Shown here: positions 40,167 through 53,720 of the stretch, in pieces | Layout of the letters: every line of letters begins with the position of its first letter | Position numbering within the stretch: position 1 is the first letter of the stretch | Source of the DNA: Octopus sinensis | Taxonomy: Eukaryota | Reading direction: 5' to 3' | Assembly (NCBI RefSeq): GCF_006345805.1 | Contig: NC_043017.1 | Span: 11,842,001 to 11,906,000, forward strand | Length of the DNA stretch: 64,000 nt | Notes under the pieces: generated by a model | Database searches by the model: none | What the model was told of the DNA's origin: nothing | The model's input: only the letters and a program-made list of their open reading frames with translations | Translations under genes and position numbers: made by a program

Positions 40167-40925
40167 TATGAGTTGTAGTCGAAAAATATCCAACCCTTAG
40201 CTAAAAGACAAATAATATTAAAAAACTCACCATTTTGATTTAGTCTCCTTCAAAGCATTCATCTTGGGAATCTACACACTTCTGCCAGCATTCCTGCTCC
40301 TGCTGAAAACATTTCTGGAAATCACTTTTTGGGATGCTGCAGAGGCAGAGCTGTCCTCTGTTGACTAAAATCTTCTCCCTTTGAGTGTTTTTTTGAGCTT
40401 TGAGAATAGCCAAAAGTCACATAGTCAAGTTTGGGGAGTCGGAAACCTGATGAACAAGTGGTGTATTTCGTTTGACAAGGAATGCTTTGACGACATGGTT
40501 GGAATGAGCATGTGCGTTGTCATGGTGGAGTTGCCAGTTCTTTGCTGTCCACAGGTCAGGTTGATTTCACCACACAGCTTCACAAAGGTAACGAAGAACC
40601 CCCAGGTAGTATTCTTTGGTATTTATCTGGCCACAGTGTAGCTCACTGTCCACTGAGGTGTGGCCATCTTTGAACTGGTTGTACCACCCCTTTGTGTTTT
40701 TCCCATAGCGTCATCTCCAAAGCCTTCTGAATCTTCTCAATAGTCTGGTCTTGCGTATCACCAAGTTTTGGGCAGAATTTGATACAGTATCTTTGCTCAA
40801 TATGCTCAGTCATCTTGACTCAAAAAAGAAAATTGCACAGCACACTCTTCACGTCTGTACCCAATACATTACTGTGAGCACAATCTACAGACACGAAGAT
40901 ACTTTTTGCCTACACCTCACTTGTA
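40167..40925 (-). mobile_element. Internally deleted mariner transposon
   Basis: Minus strand: MTEHIEQRYCIKFCPKLGD (ATG at 40813), WQLHHDNAHAHS, degenerate SPDLAPCDFWLF.KLK, C-terminal CVDSQDECFEGD* (stop at 40240). The 574 nt of coding relic is well short of a full transposase. TIRs are degenerate. Confidence 0.88.
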
Positions 40926-40980
40926 TATGTATATGTGTGTGTATATGTATGTATATGCATATATGTACATGCATGTATAT

Positions 40981-41080
40981 ATAGTAAAGTTTATTTGCCA
41001 ACAGAATGTGGTGGTCCCATAAAGGATGATATTGTTCTTTAAAGGACCACCACATTTTGTTGGCAAATAAACTTTACTAT
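40981..41080. repeat. 100-bp near-perfect hairpin (37-bp arms, 1 mismatch)
   Basis: 40981-41017 is the reverse complement of 41044-41080. Confidence 0.92.
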
Positions 41081-42620
41081 TTGGTACTGTTACTGTATAT
41101 CTCTCACTCAGAGATTGAAAACATGTTGTTTTTCTCTATGTATACATACATACATACATATATATATGTATGTTTATAGGTATGTATATATATGTATCTG
41201 TATTCTTGATATGCTTCCAGTTGCTAATCTTTGCCTGTTTCCAGGTAGGGTAATATTTTATGATGGTCAGATATAGTTTGAGAGAAGACTGGAGCCAATT
41301 TTCGTATGGTTTCAAATCAAGGAGGCATACCATGCATCTGCCACGTGTGTGTGTATGTGTGTGTGTGTGAGCACGTGCATACATGTCATCAACATTTAAC
41401 AGGAACTGGCAAAGCTAGGGGCTGAACCAGGCTCCACTTGTCTGTTTTGACATGGTCTCTATGGCTGGATGCCCTTCCTAATACAAACCACTTTACAGAT
41501 TGTACTGAGTGCTTTTTACATGGCACTATCACCAGCACCAGTATGATCTATATCCATATATATATATATATTTTTCATTTTTATTTATATATATATTTAT
41601 TTGTGTACATATAGATGGGTATATATATATATATATATACATTTAAACTAGTCAGTGTGACTTTTGCTGCTATTTCTTGCAGATCAGGCGCTCGCATAGA
41701 AAATCTCTTTCTCTCACCCTCTCTTTTTCTCTCATTGGCTGCTATTTCTAGTGAGAGATTCAACTCGATAGAGTTTTCTTTGTTGGTTGAACAGGATTGT
41801 GTAATGTTGCTAATGTGATAAAAAGAAAAGAAAAATAGCAAAAAAAAAAGAACTAAAACAAAAACCCAATTCTTCTGAAGATGCTACCATAAATAAGTTT
41901 GGTTAGCAAAGATTTGTTTGTGTGAATGGTTCACATCGGATCTAAACCTTTACCAAGTTTTCTTAGGAATTTTCGAAGACACTGTATCGCTAACGAATTC
42001 TTTCAGCTTTGCAATTGTACTCTGTCTTCTTTGATAAAACCAGGAAATTTTGAATGCCTCTATAATAAATTAAGTAGTATAGAGTAATGTCTGAAGCGAG
42101 GTTATTCTATTGATCTTTTTTTCATTAGACGGTTTTGTGACATGCTGCAACAAGTAAGGACAACACAGAGAATAAGGAATTTCACATTAAGATTAAAAGA
42201 CAAACAAAAATAAAAGACATGAGAATGGAAAGAGCTTTTGTATTATTATTTTGTTTCCAAGTTTGCAGAGACTTTCAAAGTTACTCTGTGTGTGTGTGTG
42301 TGTGTATGTGTGTGTATTAGTGTGTGTATACTTGTACACATGCCACACACACACAATGAAAGTCCCATACACACAAATAAATGTATTTTTTTTATTGTAG
42401 TTTAGAGAATACACTGTTGGCACTCTGAATTTTCTCAGTATCATCTCTGAATTATATATATATATGTATATAAAATATATTACATAAATTATATATATGT
42501 ATGTGCATGTGTGTATGTGTATGCATGTATGTATATGTATGTATATATAAATATATATATACATGTATATATGTATGTTTATATACGTATGTATGCATGT
42601 ATATGTATGTATGTATATAT

Positions 42621-42826
42621 CATCATCATCATCATCATCGTTTAACGTCCGCTTTCCATGCTAGCATGGGTTGGACGGTTCAACTGGGGTCTGGGGAGCC
42701 CGAAGGCTGCACCAGGCCAGTCAGATCTGGCAGTGTTTCTACAGCTGGATGCCCTTCCTAACGCCAACCACTCCGAAAGTGTAGTGGGTGATTTTATGTG
42801 CCACCGACACAGGTGCCAGACGAGGT
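42621..42826 (+). mobile_element. Repeat family D
   Basis: (CAT)n CGTTTAACGTCCGCTTTCCATGCTAGCATGGGTTGGACGG... as in the other copies. Confidence 0.85.
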
Positions 42827-43262
42827 ATATTTTAAATTTTATATTTTATATATATATTATATATTATATTAATTATATTTATTTTTTGTTTTTTTTGTTT
42901 TGGTTTATCTCTATGTCTATCACTGTTTGAGTTGCCTAATAGTGGTTTTATCTCTAATTTAATTTATATATATATACATGTGTGTGTATGTATGTATGTA
43001 TGTATGCATATCTATGTATATATGTATGTCATGCTCATTCTTTGGGGCAAATTATCTGTAGGAGATGCTCACCTGCTTCTAAACCAGGTAATATTTCCTC
43101 ATGGGTGGCCACATTTTCATGAAATATTGTGAGCAAAGGACATCACTTGTATAACGGGTCAAGCTCATTTTGCAACTCTCACACAATGCCAAAACAAAGA
43201 GAGACGCAAACACTTTCCACAACAAACTAAACAATGAATTAGAATAAAATAAAAATGAATGT

Positions 43263-43822
43263 AGGCGCAGGAGTGGCTGTGTGGTAAGTAGCTTGCTAAC
43301 CAACCACATGGTTCCAGGTTCAGTCCCACTGCGTGGCATCTTGGGCAAGTGTCTTCTGCCTTGTGAGTGGATTTGGTAGACGGAAATTGAAAGAAGCCTG
43401 TCGTGTATATGTATATATATATGTGTGTGTGTGTGTGTGTTTATGCGTCTGTGTTTGTCTCCCCAACATCGCTTGACAACCGATGCTGGTGTGTTTACGT
43501 CCCCGTCACATAGCAGTTCGGCAAAAGAGACCGATAGAATAAGTACTGGGCTTACAAAAAAGAATAAGTCCCGGGGTCGATTTGCTCGACTAAAGGTGGT
43601 GCTCCAGCATGGCTGCAGTCAAATGACTGAAACAAGTAAAAGAGTAATGAGTAAAGAGTGATAGGGCCTCCTCGGGCAGAGGTGTTTTAAAGACACAAGA
43701 AGGTACTGGGCTTACAAAAAAATAAGTCCCGGGGTTGAGTTGCTCGACTAAAGGCGGTGCTCCAGCATGGCCGCAGTCAAATGACTGAAACAAGTAAAAG
43801 AGTAAAAAGAGAGTAAAAGAGT
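43263..43822 (+). mobile_element. SINE family A plus a duplicated 3' end (about 43700-43822)
   Basis: Head at 43263 and two successive GGTGCTCCAGCATGG...GAAACAAGTAAAAGAG tails. Confidence 0.88.
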
Positions 43823-44159
43823 ATTTGAATCAGTCTTGGAGATAAAAATGAGAATGAAAAGTGAGAGGAGAATTAGATATTTGAAATATTTGAACTGAAC
43901 TAAGAATATGAAGAGAGAATTCTGAAGACGAACAACAATAAGACAATGTTATTATTAAGATCCAGGAGAAACCTTGACAACTACAAGAAAGCATCAACGT
44001 GTTGCTTTGGTCTTCATGATGCCGATGGTAAAGTTCCGAAGAAATGGATTAGAGCACTTAGCCATAATCTGATTTTGATGTCTTCCTAACCCAAACAAAG
44101 CTAATATACCAGCAGATGAAATTCCTTGTTATTTAGCTTCGTTTAATCTAAGTTGCTTC

Positions 44160-44960
44160 CGTGATGGTGGTAATGGTGGTGGTGGTGGTGTGGGGTGTTG
44201 GCGCGTGGTGGTAATGGTTGTGTGGTGGTGGTGGTTGCGAGCAGTGGTGGGTTGCGGCGGTGTGTTGGTGGTTGCGTGGTGGTGGTGTTGCGGCGTGGTG
44301 GTGGTGGAGGTGGTGGTGGTGGTGTAGTGGTGGTGGCGGCAGCTGCTGCAGTGGTGGTGGTGGTGGTGGTGGAGGTGGAGGTGGTGGAGGTGGTGGTGGT
44401 GGTAGTGGTGGTGGTGGTGGTTGCGGCAGTGGTGGTGGTGGTGGTGACAACGATGGTTATCCCGATGGTGCTGTTGTTGTTATTGTTGTGATAGTCCTGG
44501 TGAATTTATTGAGATAGGTTTTATTGTTGTTATTGTTTTTGTTGTTGTGGTGGTGGTGGTGGCGGCGGCTGCTGCAGTGGTGGTGGTGGTGGTGGTATTT
44601 ACTCATGATGCTATTGTTATTGTTGTAGTGCTAGTGAAGGTACCGAGAGAGATAGGTTTTGTTGTTGTTGTTGTTGTTTTTGTTGTGGTGGTGGTGGTGG
44701 TGGTGGTATTTACTCATGATGCTATTGTTATTGTTGTAGTGCTAGTGAAGGTACTGAGAGAGATTTCATTGTTGTCAGTGGTTGTTGTTGTTGTTGCTGT
44801 TGGTGGTGGTGGTGGTGAAGGTGGTGGTTGTAGTTATTGCGGTAGTGCTGGAGAAAGTAAGTTGAGAGGTTTTATTGTGGCTATTATGGTGGTGATGGCG
44901 ATGGCTGTGGATGTGGTGTTTCTTGGTGATGGTGTTGGAAATGCAGCAGTTGATGTTCTT
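44160..44960. repeat. GGT/GTT-rich triplet repeat with a tandem duplication
   Basis: ggtatttactcatgatgctattgttattgttgtagtgctagtgaaggtac occurs twice. Confidence 0.92.
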
Positions 44961-45303
44961 GTGAAACCATGGCCCAGCCTCGATTGAACAACCCATGATC
45001 AAAGAGGCATTCTTGCCATGACTGTCTCTTTGGGTATTTAATAACCAGACTTCTTAGCAGGAGATTCAGAGGGTAAAAGAGAAGCAAATGATTTTTCTGC
45101 CAGCTACTTCCACCATCCCCACAAAAAACAGCAACAAAAGCCCCCCAAAACCCACATGCAGACCCCTTGAATTTAAAAAATAGCTGCTACTCCTAGATTC
45201 TGAAAGTAGTCTTGTTCTACCTTGCCAAATTTCTTATGGGAGTTGTATCTAGGACTACCATTTTCCAATGTGTCCCACCCTCTCCAAGACAGCAAGTTGT
45301 GAT

Positions 45304-45530
45304 TTAACCCTTTAGTGTTTAAACCGGCCATATCTGGTCCAGATATTCTACATGTTTTATATTCAAACTGGCAATATCTGGCCTCTCACACCTACCCGAC
45401 AATGTCATTCTAAATATAAACAATCACATCAATGAAAACCCAAAGATATAAGATAATGCATGATTGATTCAAAACATTTGAGTGGAAAAGTATTACATTT
45501 AACAGAGTAATCTGAACACTAAAGGGTTAA
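45304..45530. mobile_element. piggyBac-type MITE
   Basis: TTAA + CCCTTTAGTGTT ... AACACTAAAGGG + TTAA: perfect 12-bp TIRs around a 219-bp element. Confidence 0.88.
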
Positions 45531-46723
45531 GGAGGAATTGGCTGCTATTTCTAGCATGTTAAGTGTCTGCATACAGGCTTCCTTACTGTATTTATTAGTA
45601 TTGTTGTTACTGTGATAGTGGTGGTGGTGGTGGGGTGGTGGTGGTGGTGTCTCTAGTTGATGTAAGAACAGTGATGGTATTTAAGTGACTGTCTTCTCTT
45701 GTAATGACTTAATTAGTGATACGTTAGCTTTATGTTACATCTGACACAATAATAACGCAAATACAACCAAGATGATTAGCTAATACAATTTCATACCACA
45801 GTGGCCAGTGGTCAGCCAGCCGTCTTTGCTGCAAAACGGTCTTTCCGCACCCTCCCACAAACACACCACCCCTTTAAGACAACCCTTTCTTTCTTAGGCC
45901 TTTCATGTGCTTATTACTTCAAGGCTTGGTGCTTATCCTGTCAGTCAGATTTGCAGAACTGCCAAATTACAGGGATGTAAACAAACCAACACTGGCTGTC
46001 AAGGGATGGTGGGGGGGGGATAAACAGAAAACACATACACACACACACATGGCATGTTTCTTTTAGTTTTTGCTTATCAGATCCACTCACAGGGCTTTGG
46101 TCAGCCTGGGGCTATAGCAGAAGACACTCTCCCAAGGTGTCATAGTGGGACTGAACCCAAAATCACGTGCTTAGGAAACGTGCTTCTTACTACACAGCCA
46201 TGCTTGCACCTTAGCGTGTGTGTGTACAGTGTACTGGCTATGGGTACATTTAATCATGACACTAGTACATACATTGACATATGCATAATTAAATGTAGCT
46301 ATGTGTAAGTGGACTACAGCCATGGTAAGGTATTGCCTTCAAGTGCTTTGGTCAATTATACTGACCACAGTAAATGCCTGCTTCTTATGTTATCCACATC
46401 ACAAATGACAAAAATCAAGATCCATATATATTATCTTCATTCTCATTTTTCATCCGTTTTTCCATCCTGGCATGGGTTGGATGAGTCTTTTATATTCAGC
46501 ATCTCAGCTTTTATGGCTTCTTGTCTTCTTCTTCACGAGTCTCACTGTGATGAGGTCAGTCTTTCTTTCTACCTCCTCTACAAAGGCTCCTTTCACTCAT
46601 CTCTCTCGGCGCTTCTTTTGCCTAACACTCAGCGTTCATATCTATCAATGATTTCTACCAATACAATCTTCATTCATGCATTTTACACTCTGTGTGTCTC
46701 CACTGACATTACACATCAACTTA

Positions 46724-47105
46724 GGAGGCGCAATGGCCCATTGGTTAGGGCAGCGGACTCGCGGTCGTCGGGTCGTGGTTTCGATTCCCAGACCGGGCGT
46801 TGTGAGTGTTTATTGAGCAAAAACACCTAAAGCTCCACGAGGCTCCGGCAGGGATTGTGGTGATCCCTGCTGTACTCTTTCACCACAACTTTCTCTCACT
46901 CTTACTTCCTGTTTCTGTTGTACCTGTATTTCAAAGGGCCGGCCTGTCACTCTCTGTGTCACGCTGAATATCCCCGAGAACTACGTTAAGGGTACACGTG
47001 TCTGTGGAGTGCTCAGCCACTTACATGTTAATGTCACGAGCAGGCTGTTCCATTGGTCGGATCAACCGGAACCCTCGTCGTCGTAACCGACGGAGTGCTT
47101 CCATC
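46724..47105 (+). mobile_element. Young tRNA-derived SINE family C
   Basis: GGCGCAATGGCCCATTGGTTAGGGCAGCGGACTCGCGG...GGTTTCGATTCCC head; TSD CACATCAACT at 46712-46721 and 47106-47115. Confidence 0.92.
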
Positions 47106-47575
47106 CACATCAACTAGAGCATATGTTGCTTCATTTCTCTCGAGTCTTTGCTTATTCTTTGTGTTCCAATGTCCATTGAAAATTACTCTTCGTTCTCAAA
47201 TATTGTACAATCGGCCCTTCATCCTGCAAGAGAATCACTCGGTCTTGATCTCTGACCTTGCTGACAGCATCCTTGTCACAAACAAGCTTTTCATTTACAC
47301 CAGTTCTTCTTAACAAAATATCAGATTACGGATTGTGGGAAGCTGTCAATTAACAGGCTTCTGCACAGTTTCCGTCAGTCAAATTTCACCCACGAGGTAT
47401 TGGTTGACCTAAAGGTATGGCAGAAGACATTTACTCATAATGCTTGTGCAGTGGGATCGATAATTTCTTGTGTGTTTGTTGGACTATGAAGGAGATGATT
47501 CACACACACACACACACACACCACACACGCTCGCACATGCACACACACACACACACACACATATGCACGCACATG

Positions 47576-47617
<42 letters not shown>

Positions 47618-47912
47618 TGCATGCACGTGAATATATGTGTAAATAAAATATACAGTGTTTTCTTTTTTTAATGTATTACACAATAGATACATATTACACG
47701 CACACACACACACACACACACAAGAAGGTAATCACACACACATATCTATTAACCCGCACTTCACTTGCTCTCTCTTATTTATTATTAATGTCTGAACACA
47801 CATCAAATTACATAAACAAACTCTGTGATTACATACAGACGCATAACCAAGTAACATTTGTGCAACCATTTCAGATTGCACAAACACACACTTATATACA
47901 CCAAAGTACACA

Positions 47913-47974
<62 letters not shown>

Positions 47975-48090
47975 TTTTCTCTCTCTTATGCATACACTTT
48001 CTTTCTCTCTCTCTCTCTCTCACAGATTACATACAGATACATAATCAAATTACACTCTCACACACACACATTTAAGATTATATAACTGCA

Positions 48091-48122
<32 letters not shown>

Positions 48123-48293
48123 TACACACATACACACACACACACACACACACATTGTTCTCCTATAAAGTGAAATACAGGCAACCACAATGTTTGGGTG
48201 TTGCATCATAATGGCTTCTTTAAGTTTCTTCATCTCTGTCATGTAAGAAACAATCTCTGCAAATCTCTCTCTCTCTCCTCCCCTCTCCCCCCC

Positions 48294-48326
<33 letters not shown>

Positions 48327-48439
48327 TTTCTCACTGGTCTGAATGTCTCAGACCCAGGTGCTGTTTCAGAACCACATTCTTAAGTATCTTTTATACGGCA
48401 CCAGAATATTATAGCTTCCATCCATCAACTGGCCAACCC

Positions 48440-49540
48440 CCCTGATACCATTGCCACCCCTGCTACCTCTACCACCACCACCACCACCACCGCCGCTGCC
48501 GCCGCCGCCACCACCACCACTGCCACCCCTGCCCCCTCAACCACCACCACTACCACCACCACTACCACCCCTGCTACCTCTACCACCATCACCACCACCA
48601 CCACCACTGCCACCACCACCACCATTGCCACCACCACTACCACCACTACTACTACCACCACTACCACTACCACCACTACCACTACCACCACACTGCCACC
48701 CCTGCCACTTCAACCACCACCACTACCACTACCACCCCTGCTACCTCTACCACCATCACTACCACCACCACCACCACTGCCACCACCACCACCATTGCCA
48801 CCACCACTACCACTACCACCATTGCCACCCCTGCCACCTCAACCACCACCACTACCGCCAACACCACCACTGCCACTGCCACCATCACCGCTACTACTAC
48901 TACTACCACCACCACCACCACCACCACTACAACCAGTATTACTACCTACCACTACAACTTTGACATCAGCAATTGACAATGATGATGACGACCACCATCA
49001 TAACCAACACCACCACTTCACCACTTCCTCCAGCACCACCACCATCATTATTATTACAGTCAACAACACTCCCCCCCAATATTTCAACCCCTAACTCACT
49101 TTATGTTCTTGCTCCATCCCCTCCACCACCACCACTACCAGCCGCCCTCTCATCATCATCATCATCACATGATCACTACGTCCCAACCAGCACCAGTATC
49201 GGTATTACTACAAGACAGCATCACCACCACTTTCATCAAATAGTCACCAACATGAACATCACAGCATCCACCACTACCTCTTTATTGCTGCTGCCACCAC
49301 CACTGTTGCTATTATCCCTACTACCACCACTACCACCACTACCACCACTACCACTATCACCATCATTGTCCCTATCACTGCTATTAACATGACCACCCCT
49401 TGGTCACCATCATCCACCCCTAACCACTAGCACCACCGCCTTCACCATCATCACTACTTCTACATACTACATTCACTACGGTCACCACCACCACCACTAC
49501 CACCACCACCACCACCAACACCACCACCACCAACCGCCAC
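48440..49540. repeat. ACC/ACT-rich triplet repeat
   Basis: Direct reading of the sequence. Confidence 0.92.
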
Positions 49541-50277
49541 ATGATCACAACCTGGCTGGTGACCTCATTCATCACTTAGGTTAATAGTATTTAATTCTCA
49601 GTTTAGCCTGCAGTTTCTTAGATTAGGACTAAAGAAGGATTAACGTGTTTATTCCGATCATGAGAAGATCTCAGTCTCAAACAAGCCACCAAACTCCTAC
49701 CTACCCACTTCATCCATCCATCCATTCACTCGTTCACCCATCCTCCTACACCTCTTTACCATATACCCAGATGAAAATAAGTCCTCTTCACTACCATCTT
49801 CAAGAAGAAAAATAATCATCATCGACATCCTCACCATAATTTAATGTCCACATTCCACGCTGGCATGGGTTGGACAATTTGATAGAAGCTGGTAAGCCAG
49901 AGGACTTCCTCAAGCCTGCTCTAGTATGGTTTCTATGACTGGATACCCTCCAAATGTCAACCACTTTACAGAGGTTGAATTTGCTTTTCATCCTTTCAGG
50001 GCTGATAAAATAATGTCAGTCGAGTTCTGAGCTTCTTGGCATTGACTAGCCAAACCCCAACGAAATTTCAGGCTTTTTGCCTTTGGCAGAAAAGATTATC
50101 ATTATGCCCACCCACATAAAAAGAACTGGTGCCATGTAACAAACACTGGTGATGGTACTGTATGAAAAGCACCTGGAAACCATGCCAAAACAGCCTATGG
50201 AACCTGTGCGGGCCCCTAGCCTTGCCAGTCCCTGTCAAATCATCCAAACCATGCCAGCATGGAAAATGGATACTTAC

Positions 50278-50683
50278 TTACTTTACTTTTACTTTTACTT
50301 GTTTCAGTCATTTGACTGCGGCCATGCTGGAGCACCACCTTTCATCGAGCAACTCGACCCCGGGACTTATTCTTTATAAGCCCAGTACTTATTCTATCGG
50401 TCTCTTTTGCAGAACCGCTAACTGACGGGGACATAAACACACCAGCATCAGTTGTCAAGCGATGTTGGGGGGACAAACACAGGCATAAAAACATACACGC
50501 ACACATATATATATACACATATATACGACGGGCTTCTTTGAGCTTCCGTCTACCAAATCCACTCACAAGGCTTTGGTCGGCCCGAGGCTATAGTAGAAGA
50601 CACCTGCCCAAGGTGCCACGCAGTGGGACTGAACCCGGAACCATGTGCTTGGTTAGCAAGCTACTTACCACACATCCACTCCT
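50278..50683 (-). mobile_element. SINE family A
   Basis: Homologous to 6881-7288. Confidence 0.9.
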
Positions 50684-50836
50684 ATTATTTTATTATTGTT
50701 ATTTATTATTCTTTTCCTGCTGTATCCAGCATCCAAGAAATTCTGCTCACTTTCCATAACTGTAAGATTCCTTAATTTTCATAAGAAGATGACGTGGTTC
50801 TGCTGGTTATGGCCAAGGGAGAAGTTACTGGTTGGA

Positions 50837-51221
50837 TGGAAGCACTCCGTCGGTTGCGACGACGAGGGTTCTGCTTGATCCGATCAACGGAATAGCCTGC
50901 TCGTGAAATTAACGTGTAAGTGGCTGAGTACTCCACAGACACGTGTACCCTTAACGTAGTTCTCGGGGATATTCAGCGTGACACAGAGAGTGACAAGGCC
51001 GGCCCTTTGAAATACAGGTACAACAGAAACAGGAAGTAAAAGTGAGAGAAAGTTGTGGTGAAAGAGTTCAGCAGGGATCACCACCATCCCCTACCGGAGC
51101 CTCGTGGAGCTTTAGGTGTTTTCGCTCAATAAACACTCACAACGCCCGGTCTGGGAATTGAAACCGCGATCCTACGACCGCGAGTCCGCTGCCCTAACCA
51201 CTGGGCCATTGCGCCTCCACG
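50837..51221 (-). mobile_element. Young SINE family C, inverted relative to 46724-47105
   Basis: 13-bp TSD GTTACTGGTTGGA at 50824-50836 and 51222-51234. Confidence 0.93.
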
Positions 51222-51750
51222 GTTACTGGTTGGAACCAAGGATGAAACAACCTCATTTGACATTTCTGTGCCAAGAGGTTCACCAAGAACAAACGTCTCA
51301 ATAGTCTGCTGATGCTGAGTTTTTCCTCCCCCTTTTAGCTTTTCCAACTCTTTTCAGAAGGAAGTCCTGAAATATGAGTCGTAGAAAAATTTCTTTACCA
51401 AAATATTAGACAATATTCATTATCCTAAAACTGGCATAATTAAATTTTAATTAATGTCCAAGGAAGACCTTGAGTCCTCCCCCACTTAATCTCTTTTCCC
51501 CCCACCCACCAAACAGTCTATACAGTCTTATACAGTAGACCCAAAAGTGCTACCCTCATAGACGCACCACCAAGGGTAGAATGCACCCCTTACACTTCCC
51601 TCCAGCTGTGCCACTGATTGTAATCTTGTTCAGTTATCCAAACATGCCTAATTTATCTATCTGGGGAGGTCTATGTGGCTTCGTTCTCCATTCTTACAGT
51701 TTTTCATCATCATCATCACCACAATTACCATCAAAATCATTGACACCATT

Positions 51751-52159
51751 ACTCTTACTCTTTTGCTCTTTTACTTGTTTCAGTCATTTGACTGCGGCCA
51801 TGCTGGAGCACCGCCTTTAATCGAGCAACTCGATCCCGGGGACTTATTCTTTTGTAAGCCCAGTACTTATTCTATCGGTCTCTTTTGCCGAACCGCTTAG
51901 TGACGGGGACATAAACACGCCAGCATCGGTTGTCAAGCAATGGTAGGGAGGCAAACACAGACACACACACACACTCATATATATATACATATATACGACG
52001 GGCTTCTTTCAGTTTCCGTCTACCAAATCCACTCACAGGGCTTTGGTCGGCCCGAGGCTATAGTAGGAGACACTTGACGAAGGTGCCACGCAGTGGGACT
52101 GAACCCGGAACCATGTGGTTGGTAGACAAGCTACTTACCACACAGCCACTCCTGCACCT
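51751..52159 (-). mobile_element. SINE family A
   Basis: Homologous to 6881-7288. Confidence 0.9.
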
Positions 52160-52519
52160 ACCACTCCTACCACACAGCCACTCCCATTCCATCATCATCA
52201 TTATTATTATTATTATTATCGTAAAGCCATTTATACCTTGCTTTACATTTTGTCATTGTCATTTGTCTATGTTGTAGATGCGTGCTGAGATTTACATTCT
52301 TTTTGATAGAGAGTTTATGCATAATTTCAGAGATAGTTGACTGTTATTTCTAGGAGACTGAATGACCACATTGAGACATCTTGAGTTGTACATAATGGTA
52401 CACGGCAGGAAGTGCTTTAGAAATCTCAATTAAGAATACATACCATTAATGTTTAAATGTGCAGACATCTTTAACAACTGCAAACGTTGAAGGGAGAAAA
52501 GGAGAAAAATGAATAGTCA

Positions 52520-52918
52520 TTCACATACACACACCACATGCACATACACACACACACACACACACACACCACATGCACACACTCACCACATGCACACACA
52601 CACCACATGCACACACACACCACATGCACACACACACCACATGCACACACACATACACACACACACACACCACATACACACACACCACATGCACACACAC
52701 ACACCACATGCACACACACACACACACACCACACCACATGCACACACACACACCACATGCACACACACACATACACACACACACATGCATACCACATGCA
52801 CACACATACACACACACACACACACACCACATGCACACCAATACACATATATCTCTGTACATATATGTATGTAAGCATAATTATTATTGCCGATGTCCAG
52901 TGTAACGATGCACACATT

Positions 52919-52951
<33 letters not shown>

Positions 52952-52977
52952 CACACACACACACATGCACATGCACA

Positions 52978-53015
<38 letters not shown>

Positions 53016-53321
53016 CAGACAAACCTGCATACACTGAGCTATGCACTAAGCAGGACATAATTAAAAATACAATAAAAGGCAAGTTCATTAAAGTTATAAT
53101 ACTGGAAGAAATAAACAAAAAAAAAAGGAAAAAGAAAGCAGTGCAACAAATCAAGAAAATCATAAAATAAACAGAACAACATGAAAAATGTAAAAATTGA
53201 GTGAAAAATTCAATTATAGATAATTGATCAGTAAAATTTAAATTGTCAGATACGTATACATATATATATATAGATATATATATATATATATATGTATATC
53301 TATATAGTATATATATGTGTG

Positions 53322-53366
<45 letters not shown>

Positions 53367-53533
53367 GTGTATATATATATATAATATATATGTATATATA
53401 TATATGTGTGTTTATATATATATATGTTATATATATATATCTATGTATATTATATATATGTGTATATATATATATATATGTGTTGTGTATATATAATATG
53501 TATATATATATATATATAGATATATAGTTGGTG

Positions 53534-53564
<31 letters not shown>

Positions 53565-53720
53565 GCATTATATATGTATATGTATATATGTATATATATA
53601 TATATATGTGTATATATATATATGTATACATGTATGTATATATGTATGCATATATAAATGTATGTATGTGTACATATGCAATGCATATATGTATACATGT
53701 GTGTGTGTGTGTGTGTGTGC
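52520..53720. repeat. Composite (CA)n/CACCACATG repeat, then an A-rich spacer, then a (TA)n-derived tract
   Basis: Direct reading; source of the 435-aa artefact ORF. Confidence 0.92.

Noticed and set aside
46724-46800. tRNA-like sequences here and at the heads of families A and B
   Set aside because: They are SINE heads continuous with repeat bodies and TSDs, not tRNA genes.
47176-47202. Minus-strand peptide YLRTKSNFQ resembling the [12 protein letters not shown]
   Set aside because: Upstream residues do not align to the bHLH. The nearby LRRTGVNEKLV...DAVSKVR looks like an RTE RT relic, so the match is coincidental.
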